A DNA stretch of 64,000 nt from contig NMRA01000099.1 in the NCBI GenBank assembly GCA_002633005.1, positions 381,086 through 445,085 of the forward strand. The letters are read 5' to 3'. How positions within the stretch are numbered: the first letter of the stretch is position 1; each line of letters opens with the position of its first letter. The position numbers and the translations under genes were made by a program. Positions 12,801 through 24,800 of the stretch are shown piece by piece. The notes under the pieces are model-generated. The model was not told where the DNA came from. It worked only from the letters and a program-made list of their open reading frames with translations, and ran no database searches. The stretch comes from Phoronis australis. Taxonomy: Eukaryota > Animalia > Phoronida.

Positions 12801-15800
12801 TAGCATTTGCTTTTGAAACTCTCATTGTACAATGCTACGAACGGTCTGTTTGAGAATGAAACTAGAAAATGAATGGACGCAATCCGTGTTACTAAGTAGT
12901 CTGGTTTATAGTTTGCATTTTAGGAGGTGGGCAAGGATGAAAATGTTCTTTAAGTGAAGAGGATCTCCAACACATACATAAAAAAATAATTGCAGGCGGT
13001 ATGGTACACGTCTGCTACACGTTGTAGCAGACGTGTGCAGGCTGCTCAGGTGAGCCCATTGTGCTAACCATCTTGAACCATTTTTCTGCTTTATTATGTA
13101 GTTAAAACTGAGCTGGGGAGCTAGCAATGTGCCCCAGTGGGACTCGAACCCACGACCCTGAGTAAAGGAAGGGGACACTTAAAGTCCTTCTTGCAAACTG
13201 CCCATGTGGTTCCAGTATCCGAAAATACTTACTACATAAATTCTTATTTTCGACACCCTTTCTTTATATTCTTTTCGCCTTTCTTGCCAAAAGCGATTAT
13301 TTAACAGTATTTGACCCTTCTCTCTGAGCGTATGATTACCGGTTGTCATCGGTTATTTCCGTACCCATATTTCCGGCTCATCAGTTCAGGAACTTGTCCT
13401 GAACGCCGCCATTTTTTCCTTGTAACTGAATGTGCTATGNCTTACCATAGTTATTGTTTATTATTTAAATTCTGCTATATACTGCCTAGTGACTACCATC
13501 ATGAACAATAAATACAAAAACGACAATAGACAATTGAAACCAGACATCAGTTAAACAGACAGGTAAACATCACTGACAAAACATCTCCAAAGAACACAAG
13601 TACTGAAAAAAAAATTCAACAGGAGATACAACTTTTTGAAAAACACGTCGAACTACATTATTTTTGAGTTGGAATACTGGCACCAAGAAATTGGCAAAAA
13701 AGGCAAATATAAGTGCCGGAGGTGCTTCGCTTGTTAATTAACTCGGGAGTAACAGTCGACATTGCTATTTCTGTTAATTAGGAGATATAAATCCATGAGC
13801 CCTTCTTGATGAAAAAGTATTGATAACCTTTGTCAATATTTAACAACGAATGCCAGATAAGAACAGACCTCGTTTGAAGTCCAGTAGGAACCAACGATAA
13901 CAGAAGTAGAAGTGAGTGTAGTCGCCATGGTGATGCATGTGTTCAAACAACTCCACGTCCAGAATCTGCAGGTGTAGAGAATGAACGAATGTAACTGATG
14001 CAATTACAGTATGTAATAAGTACAAAACACTACTGCTAGAAATTTAGTGGTCTATGAAGTCTCGTATCTTCGCGACAAATGTGTTCGTCTTAATTATACC
14101 TGCTGTGTTGAACAAAATGCGTTTCCACCGTGTCGTAGATTATCCATGCATCTCCAGAATGCAAAAATATTTTTTCTCACCTGTATCAACGATCTCATGT
14201 TGGCAAAGTGCACGTCCATAGCCCCGCCGTGGGGGAAGTTGGCCGTCATTCTTTTCATCAACTCACAGAAACAGCTGTACGTCATTGCCTCTGAAACAGT
14301 CAGTGAGAAAACTGAAATCCACTAGGTGGAGCTGGTGAAGCAAGTGTCCACCCAGTATACATGACTACTATACAAACAGTCATATGGGCCCCATATCCTA
14401 TTACACAGCCATACAGCATTTCACTCTCATTCACAAAAAGAGGATGGTTCCTCCTCAGCACCACCTAGTGAGTATACAGTGTACCACTGATGCTACTTCC
14501 TCCATTCATACTCAACATCTGGTTATAAATACAGAAATGCAAAACAAGCCGATTAAAAAAATGAAAATGATTACACATTTAAATTTGCAGAATAGTACGC
14601 ATGTCATGAAAATTAGAAAACTTTTGTTCAAAATAACTGAACTGATGACTTCAATGCTACAAAGTGTAAAGAAAAACAGTACTGTATTTCACAGAAAGAG
14701 CAGAGCATTACATGTCTACAAGTGTCCATAAAATGACACGTAGTTATGGAGAAGGTAACTCACCATCATCAAATATGACAAGTAATGGGGCCAGGAGATC
14801 ACACATTCCTTGGATGTAGCCAATGTTAAGATTCTCCCAGACGTATCTACAATGAAAACAACATAGTGAATGGCAGACCACTCTCGTCAAGAGGTATAAT
14901 TAAATTCACCATATGCGAGCACAAGGGCAAATAATAATTTTAAGCCAAAATGGTGGAAATCTGTGCATGGTAAAAGGTAATGAGTGGAAATTCATTTTTT
15001 AAAATGCAGAGCTGTCAGTACTTTTGTGTTAAATAAATTACTGTAATTCGAACGTTTGGTCAAACCTGTCAAAACTGATAGCATTTGCTTTTGAAACTCT
15101 CATTGCACAATGCCACAAGCGGTCTGTTTGAGAATGAAACTAGAAAATGAATGGACGCAATCCGTGTTACTAAGTAGTCTGGTTTATAGTTTGCATTTTA
15201 GGTGGGCAAGGATGAAAATGTTCTTTAAGTGAAGAGGATCTCCAACACATACATAAAAAAATAATTGCAGGCGGTATGGTACACGTCTGCTACACGTTGT
15301 AGCAGACGTGTGCAGGCTGCTCAGGTGAGCCCATTGTGCTAATCATCTTGAACCATTTTTCTGCTTTATTATGTAGTTAAAACTGAGCTGAGGAGCTAGC
15401 AATGTGCCCCAGTGGGACTCGAACCCACGACCCTGAGTAAAGGAAGGGGACACTTAAGCCAGTAAATCACACTGCCTCTTACACTTACGTGCACATAATA
15501 TTGCGTAGTTTGTCCAAGTTCTCTTGAGTGAAATAGACATGGTTCCGGTCACAGCGGTGGACATCTTTGTCTATCCTGTGTAAGTTGAGGGACACCGTGT
15601 CTAACATTTCAACCTGTTGAATAACGAATGACATCAAGCGTTATTAAATAACTTCAAGTCTTTGCTGGAATGGAGTGAAGGGCACACACTACATAAGACA
15701 ACAGTATTATCAACGTCTATGATGTATAGAAATGCAATGCATTTTTTGTTGTAAAGGTCTCATCCTAAAACTCTATTGGGATGTGCGTGCCAGGATCTCT

Positions 15801-18800
15801 AGACAGCAGTCACGTGAGTATAGTATACTGCATACATAATGAGGTTACTGCGTTAACACCAACCACTTTTCTTCCAAAGTTAAATCATAAGCTGTATATG
15901 TTCTAAATGATTATAGGTCCTCAACTGATTGGGTATGATTACACACAATCATGGTACTCTAATTATTTTTCATGCGTCAAATTTTACCTTAATTTGAAAT
16001 CGTTCATTCATAATAATTATTGTTCTAAAAATTCAATATAAAAATGAAATTTCACCAAAGATTGCAGACACCCAATCACAATGATGGCCATACAACTTAC
16101 CGTGTAAATGCCACCATTGGGCGTCGGTGAGTGTGACATCACCAACTGTGTACTGGTCTCCTGATGATCTTCATCCNAAAATGGCGGTGTTTCTTCGGGT
16201 GCGAATCGTGAGTGGCGCTTTCATTTAAACTGTTTTCGAGTACGGATCGTGTATTAGTTATGGGGTAGGTACTTCTTGGATCCTTATAACATCTTCTAAC
16301 CATGTAATAAGGGTTAACAACGCGTGAGACAAGGACTTTAAGCCAGTAGGTCACACTGCCTCTGACACTTACGTGCACATAATATTGCGTAGTTTGTCCA
16401 AGTTCTCTTGAGTGAAATAGACATGGTTCCGGTCACAGCGGTGGACATCTTTGTCTATCCTGTGTAAGTTGAGGGACACCGTATCTAACATTTCAACCTG
16501 TTGAATAACAAATGACATCAAGTGTTATTAAATAACTTCAAGTCTTTGCTGGAATGGAGTGAAGGGCAAACGCTACATAAGACAACAGTATTATCAACGT
16601 CTATGATGTATAGAAATGCAATGCATTTTTTGTTGTAAAGGTCTCATCCTAAAACTCTATTGGGATGTGCGTGCCAGGCTTTCTAGACAGCAGTCACGTG
16701 AGTATAGTATACTGCGTACATAATGAGGTTACTGCGTTAACACCAACCACTTTTCTTCCAAAGTTAAATCATAAGCTGTATATGTTCTAAATGATTATAG
16801 GTCCTCAACTGATTGGGTATGATTACACACGATCATGGTACTCCAATTATTTTTCATGCATCAAATTTTACCTTAGTTTGAAATCGTTCATCCATAATTG
16901 TTCTAAAAATTCAATATGAAAATGAAATTTCACCAAAGTTTGCAGACACCCAATCACAATGATGGCCATACAACTTACCGTGTAAATGCCACCATTGGGC
17001 GTCGGTGAGTGTGACATCACCAACTGTGTACTGGTCTCCTGATGATCTTCATCCAGAGACGTATCGTTGCTTATCGGGAAGTCTTCCAATCCCCCACCGC
17101 TATCCACTGACCCGGCACCATTATGCGACATGAGTCGCAACCTTCGTATCACAGGGGGGTCTTCCTCAAGTTTATCCGTCACGTCCGTGTCCGAGCTATC
17201 CAGACGCTTCGACTGTTCGCCACTGGACGAACCAAACCGCAAAGAACCACCTAGACCCTCGTCCGGACTCTGCTGACCTTTGACCTTCTCACGCATCAAT
17301 TGCGCCATCTTACCGTCATGGACAACACGATATCCGTTGATGCCAGGAGTGTTCTTTGGAGACTCCGGTGTTGTTGCCTCGGTGGAGCTCTCCTCAATGA
17401 GAGGCTCCTCAAGGTGCACATAGTGGTGATGTCCCTCCTCCACATCAAGACTGCCATCGAGGAACACCTCATTACTTAGACTAGAGTCCTTCCTCACCAG
17501 AGGGATGTGCCCGTCGGTGCTTTCCTGCGAGACCTTGGCAAGGTTCGCCGCCATCGAGTCCTTTTCTCTCTGCCGCACAATTGCCTCCACCGCCAGCCAC
17601 TCAGACATGGTCTGCTCGTATGCAGTACGAACTGCAGTGTCCACTGAGTCGCGCTCGGCTTGAGTTGACCCAAATTTGTAATGACCTAATAGATAGGGCC
17701 ACACCTGCAATGTATGAAACAGAATTGCCATTTGGTCTCATTGTCTTCCTACCATATCAATGAGAAAACATATACATACTATTAGTACAACCTTCATTAT
17801 TCACTAAAGAGCAACGTAAAGTGTTGATATGCACCAACAGGGCACCGCAAACAAAATATTTCTAGGGGTGCTTATCAGTTTCATGTAACGTAGTCTACAG
17901 GGCAGGAGCAATGGGACTAAATGGGGGTAGCTGCAATAGCAGCTAAAATTGACAAAAAAGTGTTGGTGGGTCACATTACAAAATGACATAATGGACACAG
18001 CATTTGTTGGAATTTGCTCAAAACTAGTAGCTGCCATCATCTCTTAAAAGGAAAGGCCACTAGGGGGTGTTACAGTTAGTCAAATCCGCTTGAAAGTCAC
18101 CTGGTACCAGCGCACAGACAACACATACTTCTGTGTCAAAGTTTCATTGAAATTCATAAACACTATTCCTTCCAAAAATACTAAAAAATCTCCTTATCAA
18201 GACCAAAATGGCCACTAGGGGTAGCTCTGTTAATTGAATCGTGTGCATATCAACTGGTGCTGTCACACCAATGCCATATGCCTCTACGACAAGTTTCATT
18301 GAAGTATGTCCACCAGTTGTCACGATATCTGGAAATGCGCTTCCCAAAAAAATACCAAAAAGATCTAGCCCTGGAGGCAGGGCAGATTGAAAAGTGGCAT
18401 GCTCCGACTAAGTGATGCCCGCACCCTTGAGCCAAACTTCATCAAGGTTCAACCAGGGTTTTCTTGAGATATCAAGCACACAACTAGACAAAATGGCCAC
18501 AAAGGAATTTCTGCAGTAGTCGAAATCGTCCCAAAATCGACTGGTGCCTTGATTTTTTAGACATCATCTGGATGTATTCTTCCCCAAAAAGTATTGAAAA
18601 TGTCACTTGTCAAGATCAAAACGGCTACTAGGAGGTGCCAGCGGATTGTCATCACATATCTCTGTGTCAAGCTTCATTGAAATCCGCCAATTACTTCTCT
18701 AGATATCATCTGGAAACAATTTCGCCCCAAAAGTACTGAAAAAGCCCTGGACACAATGATGACAATATATATGTATGTGTAATATTACAAACACATGTAC

Positions 18801-21800
18801 ACATACAGACATATCGACACAAAATAAAGTGGCTTGTTATCAAAAGATTCACCTCTTTCCTAATCTCATGTGCCACGCCACCGAAGTAGACTAGTCTGTA
18901 AATTTCCTCGGGATCTGCTGCATGGTCACCCAACATGATTTGCTCCCATGTTTCCCTCGTGAGCCCTTGGCTAGCTTCCTCTCTCTCCTTCAGAGGCAGC
19001 AGTGCGTGGTTCACAAGTCCCGACAGATGTGTGCGAACTGTCTTCAGGTGGCGACAGTGGGCTAACCCTGCAAATAGCTTTTCTATGTCAAAAGGTGGCA
19101 GCAGGAGCTTCTCATTAGCTTCATGATAGCAGAGAAAATGTTCTGGGCAAATATGCTTGATAGGGAATCGAGATAAACAATTTTTTACCATAACTAATCC
19201 AAGAAATTGTCTCCGTCACACAGATATCTATAAAGATACAAAATTTGTTGAAGTCTTCTTTATTTGTCAAATATATGGCAAAATTTGAGATGTAAACTAC
19301 AGAACTTGTAAAGGGTTAAATTCAGTGCGACATTTTGTCAAAAACAAATTTTGCAGCAAACATCAATAACAGACTGGTGATAAAATTATTACAGGAAAAG
19401 TCAAAAGAGCATGAACATCAAGAAAATTGGCAGATAATTTTTGCTCAAAACTTTTACCGACTTTCGACATGAAAGGAATTCAGTATGTGAATTCAATTTG
19501 AGCTGCAACTAAAAGTACATACAGCCATAGAAAGCTCTGGAGATGATCTGTCTTTTCATCGTGTCACACAGCTGCCTGATAGACGTGCGGTGGAAGCCAG
19601 CCTTGGTGATGCATGAACTGTTGTACAATTGTTGGGAGCGGGCGTAGTTCTGGACGGTTGGAGAGAGATTCGGTGACGTTTGGCCATTCTGTTTAGCGTC
19701 CTTCTCTTGCCAAGGGAATGTGAAGCCAGTAAACTTCCAGTCGAACATGGACTCCATCAAGTCTTGATCTGGAAAGACAGGCATTTTTGAACGATTAAAT
19801 TTTCATGATTAGTTCTGGATGATGATGAAAGTGTGGATCCAATGAGAAGCTTCAAATTTAAGATTGTATTGCTATCATGGTTTGTAATGCACAGACGTCA
19901 TAAATAGAGAATCGTACATGAGTCTCAGGTTTATGACATGGGCAAAATCTCTTGGAAATTTCATCAAAATCACGATTTTTTTGCTGAAAAACTCGACGTG
20001 TCTAAAACTTTCTACTACACAACGCAACTTTTGTAGAAACACGCTTGTGCAATGTAAAGTAATTCAGTAATTCCGACTGGGAGTACGTACAGTTGCGACA
20101 AATGCCTTTTAATCATAACCTTGTCACCTTCACAGAATTTCGGCATTGGTTGGTTGGTGCACGTTTGGCTATTTTAGTGTTTTGCAGACAATAAAATGTA
20201 AGGCGTATGATTTCTATTTTCCACTACTTTGTGATTCACCCATGTAATATCAAACAAGAGCAACGCGGAGCATTGAAATGCGCCCACAAGGGCATTGCAA
20301 ATGGTGTGCTTTTAGGGTTATTTATTTGCATCATAAAAATGGCAAAACGTACAATCCACCAAAAACAGGAACATGCCATATTTCATATAAATCTGTCAAG
20401 GAATTTCAGGGAAACAACGGAAAACAGAATAAAATGAAATTGCCACTAGTGGGAACAGTGTCAGTTGGATCCACCTGAAAGTCGTCGTCATCTGTTGTTA
20501 TCTTCATATAAATACACTTACTAAATTTAATAAAGATCCAGCAGTGAATTTAAGAGATACAACTATAAGCGCAAAACAAAACTACAATTAGGAGGCACCA
20601 CAGTAGTCAGTCACCATCATCAAAGGTCGTCTTCACACTCAGAACATATATGCCAATTTTCAAATGATTTGGTTGATACAGGGGTTGACGCCAAAACAAA
20701 ATTTGAAAACAGCAAAAATGGCCACTAGGTGGCGCAAAATTCCACCCAAAAACAGTAAGATAGCGTCATCACACCAATAGAAGCCTATATTAAAAATCTT
20801 ACGAAAATCTGTTGAGGACCTTTGAAGATACAGACTGAGAGTTAAACGTAAAAAAACTAAAATTGCCTCTAGGGGGCACAGCAGTAGTCATATCTGTCCG
20901 AAAGTTGTCGTCGTCCGTAGTCAACATCATATAAATATACTTGCTAAATTAAGTAAAGATCCTGCAAACAGTTTAGGAGATACAGCCATAAGTGCAAAAA
21001 ACTGCCACTAGGAGGCGCCCCGGTAGTCGAAGTCGTCAGAAAATCGTCAGCCGTCCACTTCATAGTAAAAACATGCCAATTTTCAAATTTATCCTGAAAA
21101 TGTTTTGGTTGATAGATGAGTGGACGCCAAAAAACTCAAAAACACTAAAATAGCCACTAGGTGGCGCAAACTAGGTCGGATTCATCTCAAAACAGAGAGA
21201 TAGTGACACCTCATTAATAGAACCCCATATTTAAAATTTTAAGAAATTTGTTGAGGACCTTTGAAGATACAGAGGTAATCGGAAAAAATAAAATTGCCAC
21301 TACGTGGCACACCAGTAGTCAAAACTGTCAGAAAGTTGTCTTGTTAACATCATATAAATATAAGTTCTAAATTTCGTAAAAATCCAGAGAACGGTTAAGG
21401 AGATACAGCCGTAGGCGCAAAAAAAATGCCATTAGGAGGCACCACAGTAGTCAAAGTCGTCAGAAAATCATCGTCAGACGTCCATTTCATAGTAAGAACA
21501 TACACCCCAATTTTCACAATCATCCTTTGAGCAGTTTGGTTGATAGAGGGGTGGATGCAAAAAACAGACTCGAAAACGGTAAAAACGGCCACTAGGTGGC
21601 GCAAACTACGTTGAATCCATCTGAAAATGGGAGGATAGCGTCATCTCACTAATAGGTACCCACATACCAAATTTCATGAAATTCCGTTAAGGACTTTTGA
21701 AGATACAAAGGTAAGCGTAAAAAATTAAAACTGCCACTGGGGGGCACACCGGTAGTCGGATCCGTCCGAAAGTTCGCTCATGCCATCCCATTAAAGGAAG

Positions 21801-24800
21801 GAACACATGTGCCAAATTTCATGAACGTAAGTCAAAGGGTTTTGGAGATAGAGCAGCGGACGCCGCACGGACGGAGATGACGATACAATGCGTCCCCATA
21901 TAAATATGTGGGCGCTTAAAAAAAAAATTACGTACTCAGTGTTATTAACCAGTCGTGTCGTAACACATTCCAGGTCGTGTGAGAAAATAATATTTGGTAA
22001 CGTTTCCACAATTTATAGCAATCGGCCTTTGAAAAATGGAAAATGACAGTTTTGGTGATTATTTTTGAGTGAAACAAATGAATTACGGTGACCGTATTAT
22101 CACAAAATAGTGTTACGATTGTGTACTCACGCTGGACTGTAGGTTTGTACGTAGTGATGATCCTGAACACATAGTCTGTAGCTTCCTCCTCACTATCCGC
22201 CGGACAGTCCACATTCTGCAGACGACTTCCTTTCCGTTTCAGTTTGGGGAATACTTTTCCTAGAAAGACACAAGACATCGTCAAATGACCTAATTTCACT
22301 GCTTCCTTTGAAGGTATTTAAGAAAGCTCTGATGAGCCACGGTGTATACAAGTCAAGTCGCCTCATTGTGACATATCAACAAAGGAACAGCAATACGAAT
22401 TATTTCTCTTTTCTCCTGTTGTAGTTAACTGATTTTTGCTATTCAAATAATGGAAAAGTTCAATTTTCAATGACACACGGATATTCGGCTTAAAAACACC
22501 AATTATGGTTAATCAAACAATCTATCTCAAAAATAATGCAAACATGTTTTATAGTATTAGAAATTGTCGGAAATTAGTGCCAATATTCATTTCTTACCTA
22601 TGCTATGCTACTCGTTTCATGAATGGATAGTTCCCAAGTAATGTCTTAGATGACAGGTTCATATATGTAGCGCGCGCTTCCCGGCCACGTGCGTTTAACA
22701 CCCGAGTTATTTTTATTCCTGAGACAGTCGATGTGTCTGTACTGAAAGGTCACACCACAGTAGGACACAGTCGTCACGAGAGTAGCAACGCTGCTGCGTT
22801 CTTTTTGAAACGCTGCGCTACTTTAAGTGACTGTATAGTCACGGCTAAATACAAACGTAGCAGTGCCGCTGGTGGTCTAGAAGACCCGTGCAAAAATTTT
22901 TTGATAAATTGGAAGACGTTACTGTAGCCGAGTTTTAGGACTGTAGGTACGTCATTGTTCGCAATCAATCCATGTACAAGTTCATGGACTGGGCGCTAAT
23001 TTCAGCAAAGTCTGAAAACGCGTAGGGGTGCGCTTATAGGGGCATGGGTGGTTATTACGGCGAATACGGCACTTAGATATTAAAGGAACACATTTTGCTT
23101 CATTCAAAAGCAGAAAATTGCTGTCATTAAATTAAAATTAAAATTAAAATTAAAAAAAGTTTATGAAGCAGGTAATGTGACGATAGATATAATCCACAAA
23201 TAAAACGATTTTCAATTTTTAGTCACCTAAACAGGGTCAAAATAATGCAGTTTTAAATTTCTGAGCATAACCAGTGGTGGATTTGGGGGGCGAAGGGCCA
23301 TGGCCCCTCCTAAAATTCACCCAGATACCAAACCCTGTTTACCGTTTTTTTTAGTAATTAGGTCCACAAACTCAAAAATTCGAGACCCTTGCATCCTTAC
23401 ATTTTAGGCTCGGCGCGTGCATGTGGCGAAATTCTGGTTATTACTGTGCCCTGTTCCCCCTAACTCAAAATCCTGGATCCGCCCCTGATAACTACAGCTG
23501 TGTAGAAAGCATTTGAAAAATGGAAATTATAGCATTGATCTTCGTCTCATGCGTCCACCACAAACAGGTCAAATATCACTGCAGGACATTGTATCAAACA
23601 TTCCACTCAGATGCGAACAGCACTCAACACCTTAGAATTAATTCCCACTAAACAGTGCTACACTAGTAATCCAAAACGGGAAACGGGAATTTTTTAAATT
23701 CATTAAAACACAGACAACTGAATTTCAATCAAGCAGTTTGGTAGATAACAAGGTGAAAGGCAAAACATATAATTGCCACTAAGAGAGCGCAGCACTAGTG
23801 GGAATCTATCGCAAACTGAACAGGTTTGACAAAAACCTATATTCACACAATCATGTAGATTAGCGACATTTGACCCAGGTGAAGTGATTGTCGCAAGCAC
23901 ATAAATCTAATCATCTGAAAACTTAGTTGCATACTTTCTTTCAACTGGGAAATTGCAACTATCTCCCAGAACAGACAGGAAGCCGTCAACTTTAGGTTAA
24001 CTTGTTTTTGGTTCAGCGACCTGGAGCTGTTGTCCAACAAGTATACCGCAGTTTCTCTCGTTATACACTGACCAAAGTAGCCAGCACACCAACTTGGGAG
24101 AGTCAGAAACACAAAGCAAATTCCGAAATTTCAACCAATGCATCTCACTAATCACTAAAATCACATCCAACAAAAGCCCAGATGTAATTATCATGTTTAT
24201 TAATTGCTTGCACAGAATGGATGTGAGTCACTGTCCCAGAGGACCCTTCGATTCCGTCACGCCCAACAGTGGAGCGCAATTTTCGCATAAGTGTAGACAG
24301 TCGTATTTCTCATTAAGTAAAAGAGCCATAGCAACATTCTAGAGTACTCTATTCAAGTAAGTTCTCAGAAAACTAGACTTTTGTTGTTTTTGCATTAGGT
24401 AGTCTAATCAATAGATCTAGCTCACACAATTTTGTGTTCTATTTTTACTTTGCTAAGCAACTGTCAGCCGAACAGTCATTCTATTCTTCAAAGAATGAAC
24501 CAAACAATAAAATTAAATTGAGAATTAGGGGACAGTTGAACGGCGAAACTTTGATAAAAATAAAGTAGAATTATTTTTGTGTTAAATAAAACAACATTTA
24601 ATTTCCTGTTGCTACCAATTAGCCAACTTGTAGACTAGACTCTGCCTTGATTATGATAAAAGGAATCAAGCAGAAATAGTATGTTGCAACGTTATTTCTT
24701 GATTCGATTATATTTGATGCTAATTCGATTATACCAGTATTTGTGATGACAAATCCAAGTACAAGCCAAACGTATTCGGATAAAATGATCCCAAATTCCG

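Larger units (their letters stand above)
13441..16176. other. Second-haplotype contig duplicating 11163-13182 and 16338-17054 (assembly artefact)
   Basis: Bounded by single Ns at 13440 and 16177. Near-identical to the flanks, ends part-way through the large exon, and the exonic differences I saw are synonymous. Confidence 0.8.

Noticed and set aside
15401-15476. Functional tRNA gene
   Set aside because: No proper acceptor stem, a decayed copy elsewhere, and interrupted by a transposon in one allele; more likely a SINE head or pseudogene.
13441-16176. Real tandem duplication or mutually exclusive splicing of TBC catalytic exons
   Set aside because: It is bounded by Ns, ends mid-exon, has near-identical introns and synonymous differences, and holds the empty site of the flanking insertion, so it is allelic.
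20253-21927. CRISPR-like repeat-spacer array
   Set aside because: Eukaryotic context, the spacers are homologous to each other, and there are no cas genes.
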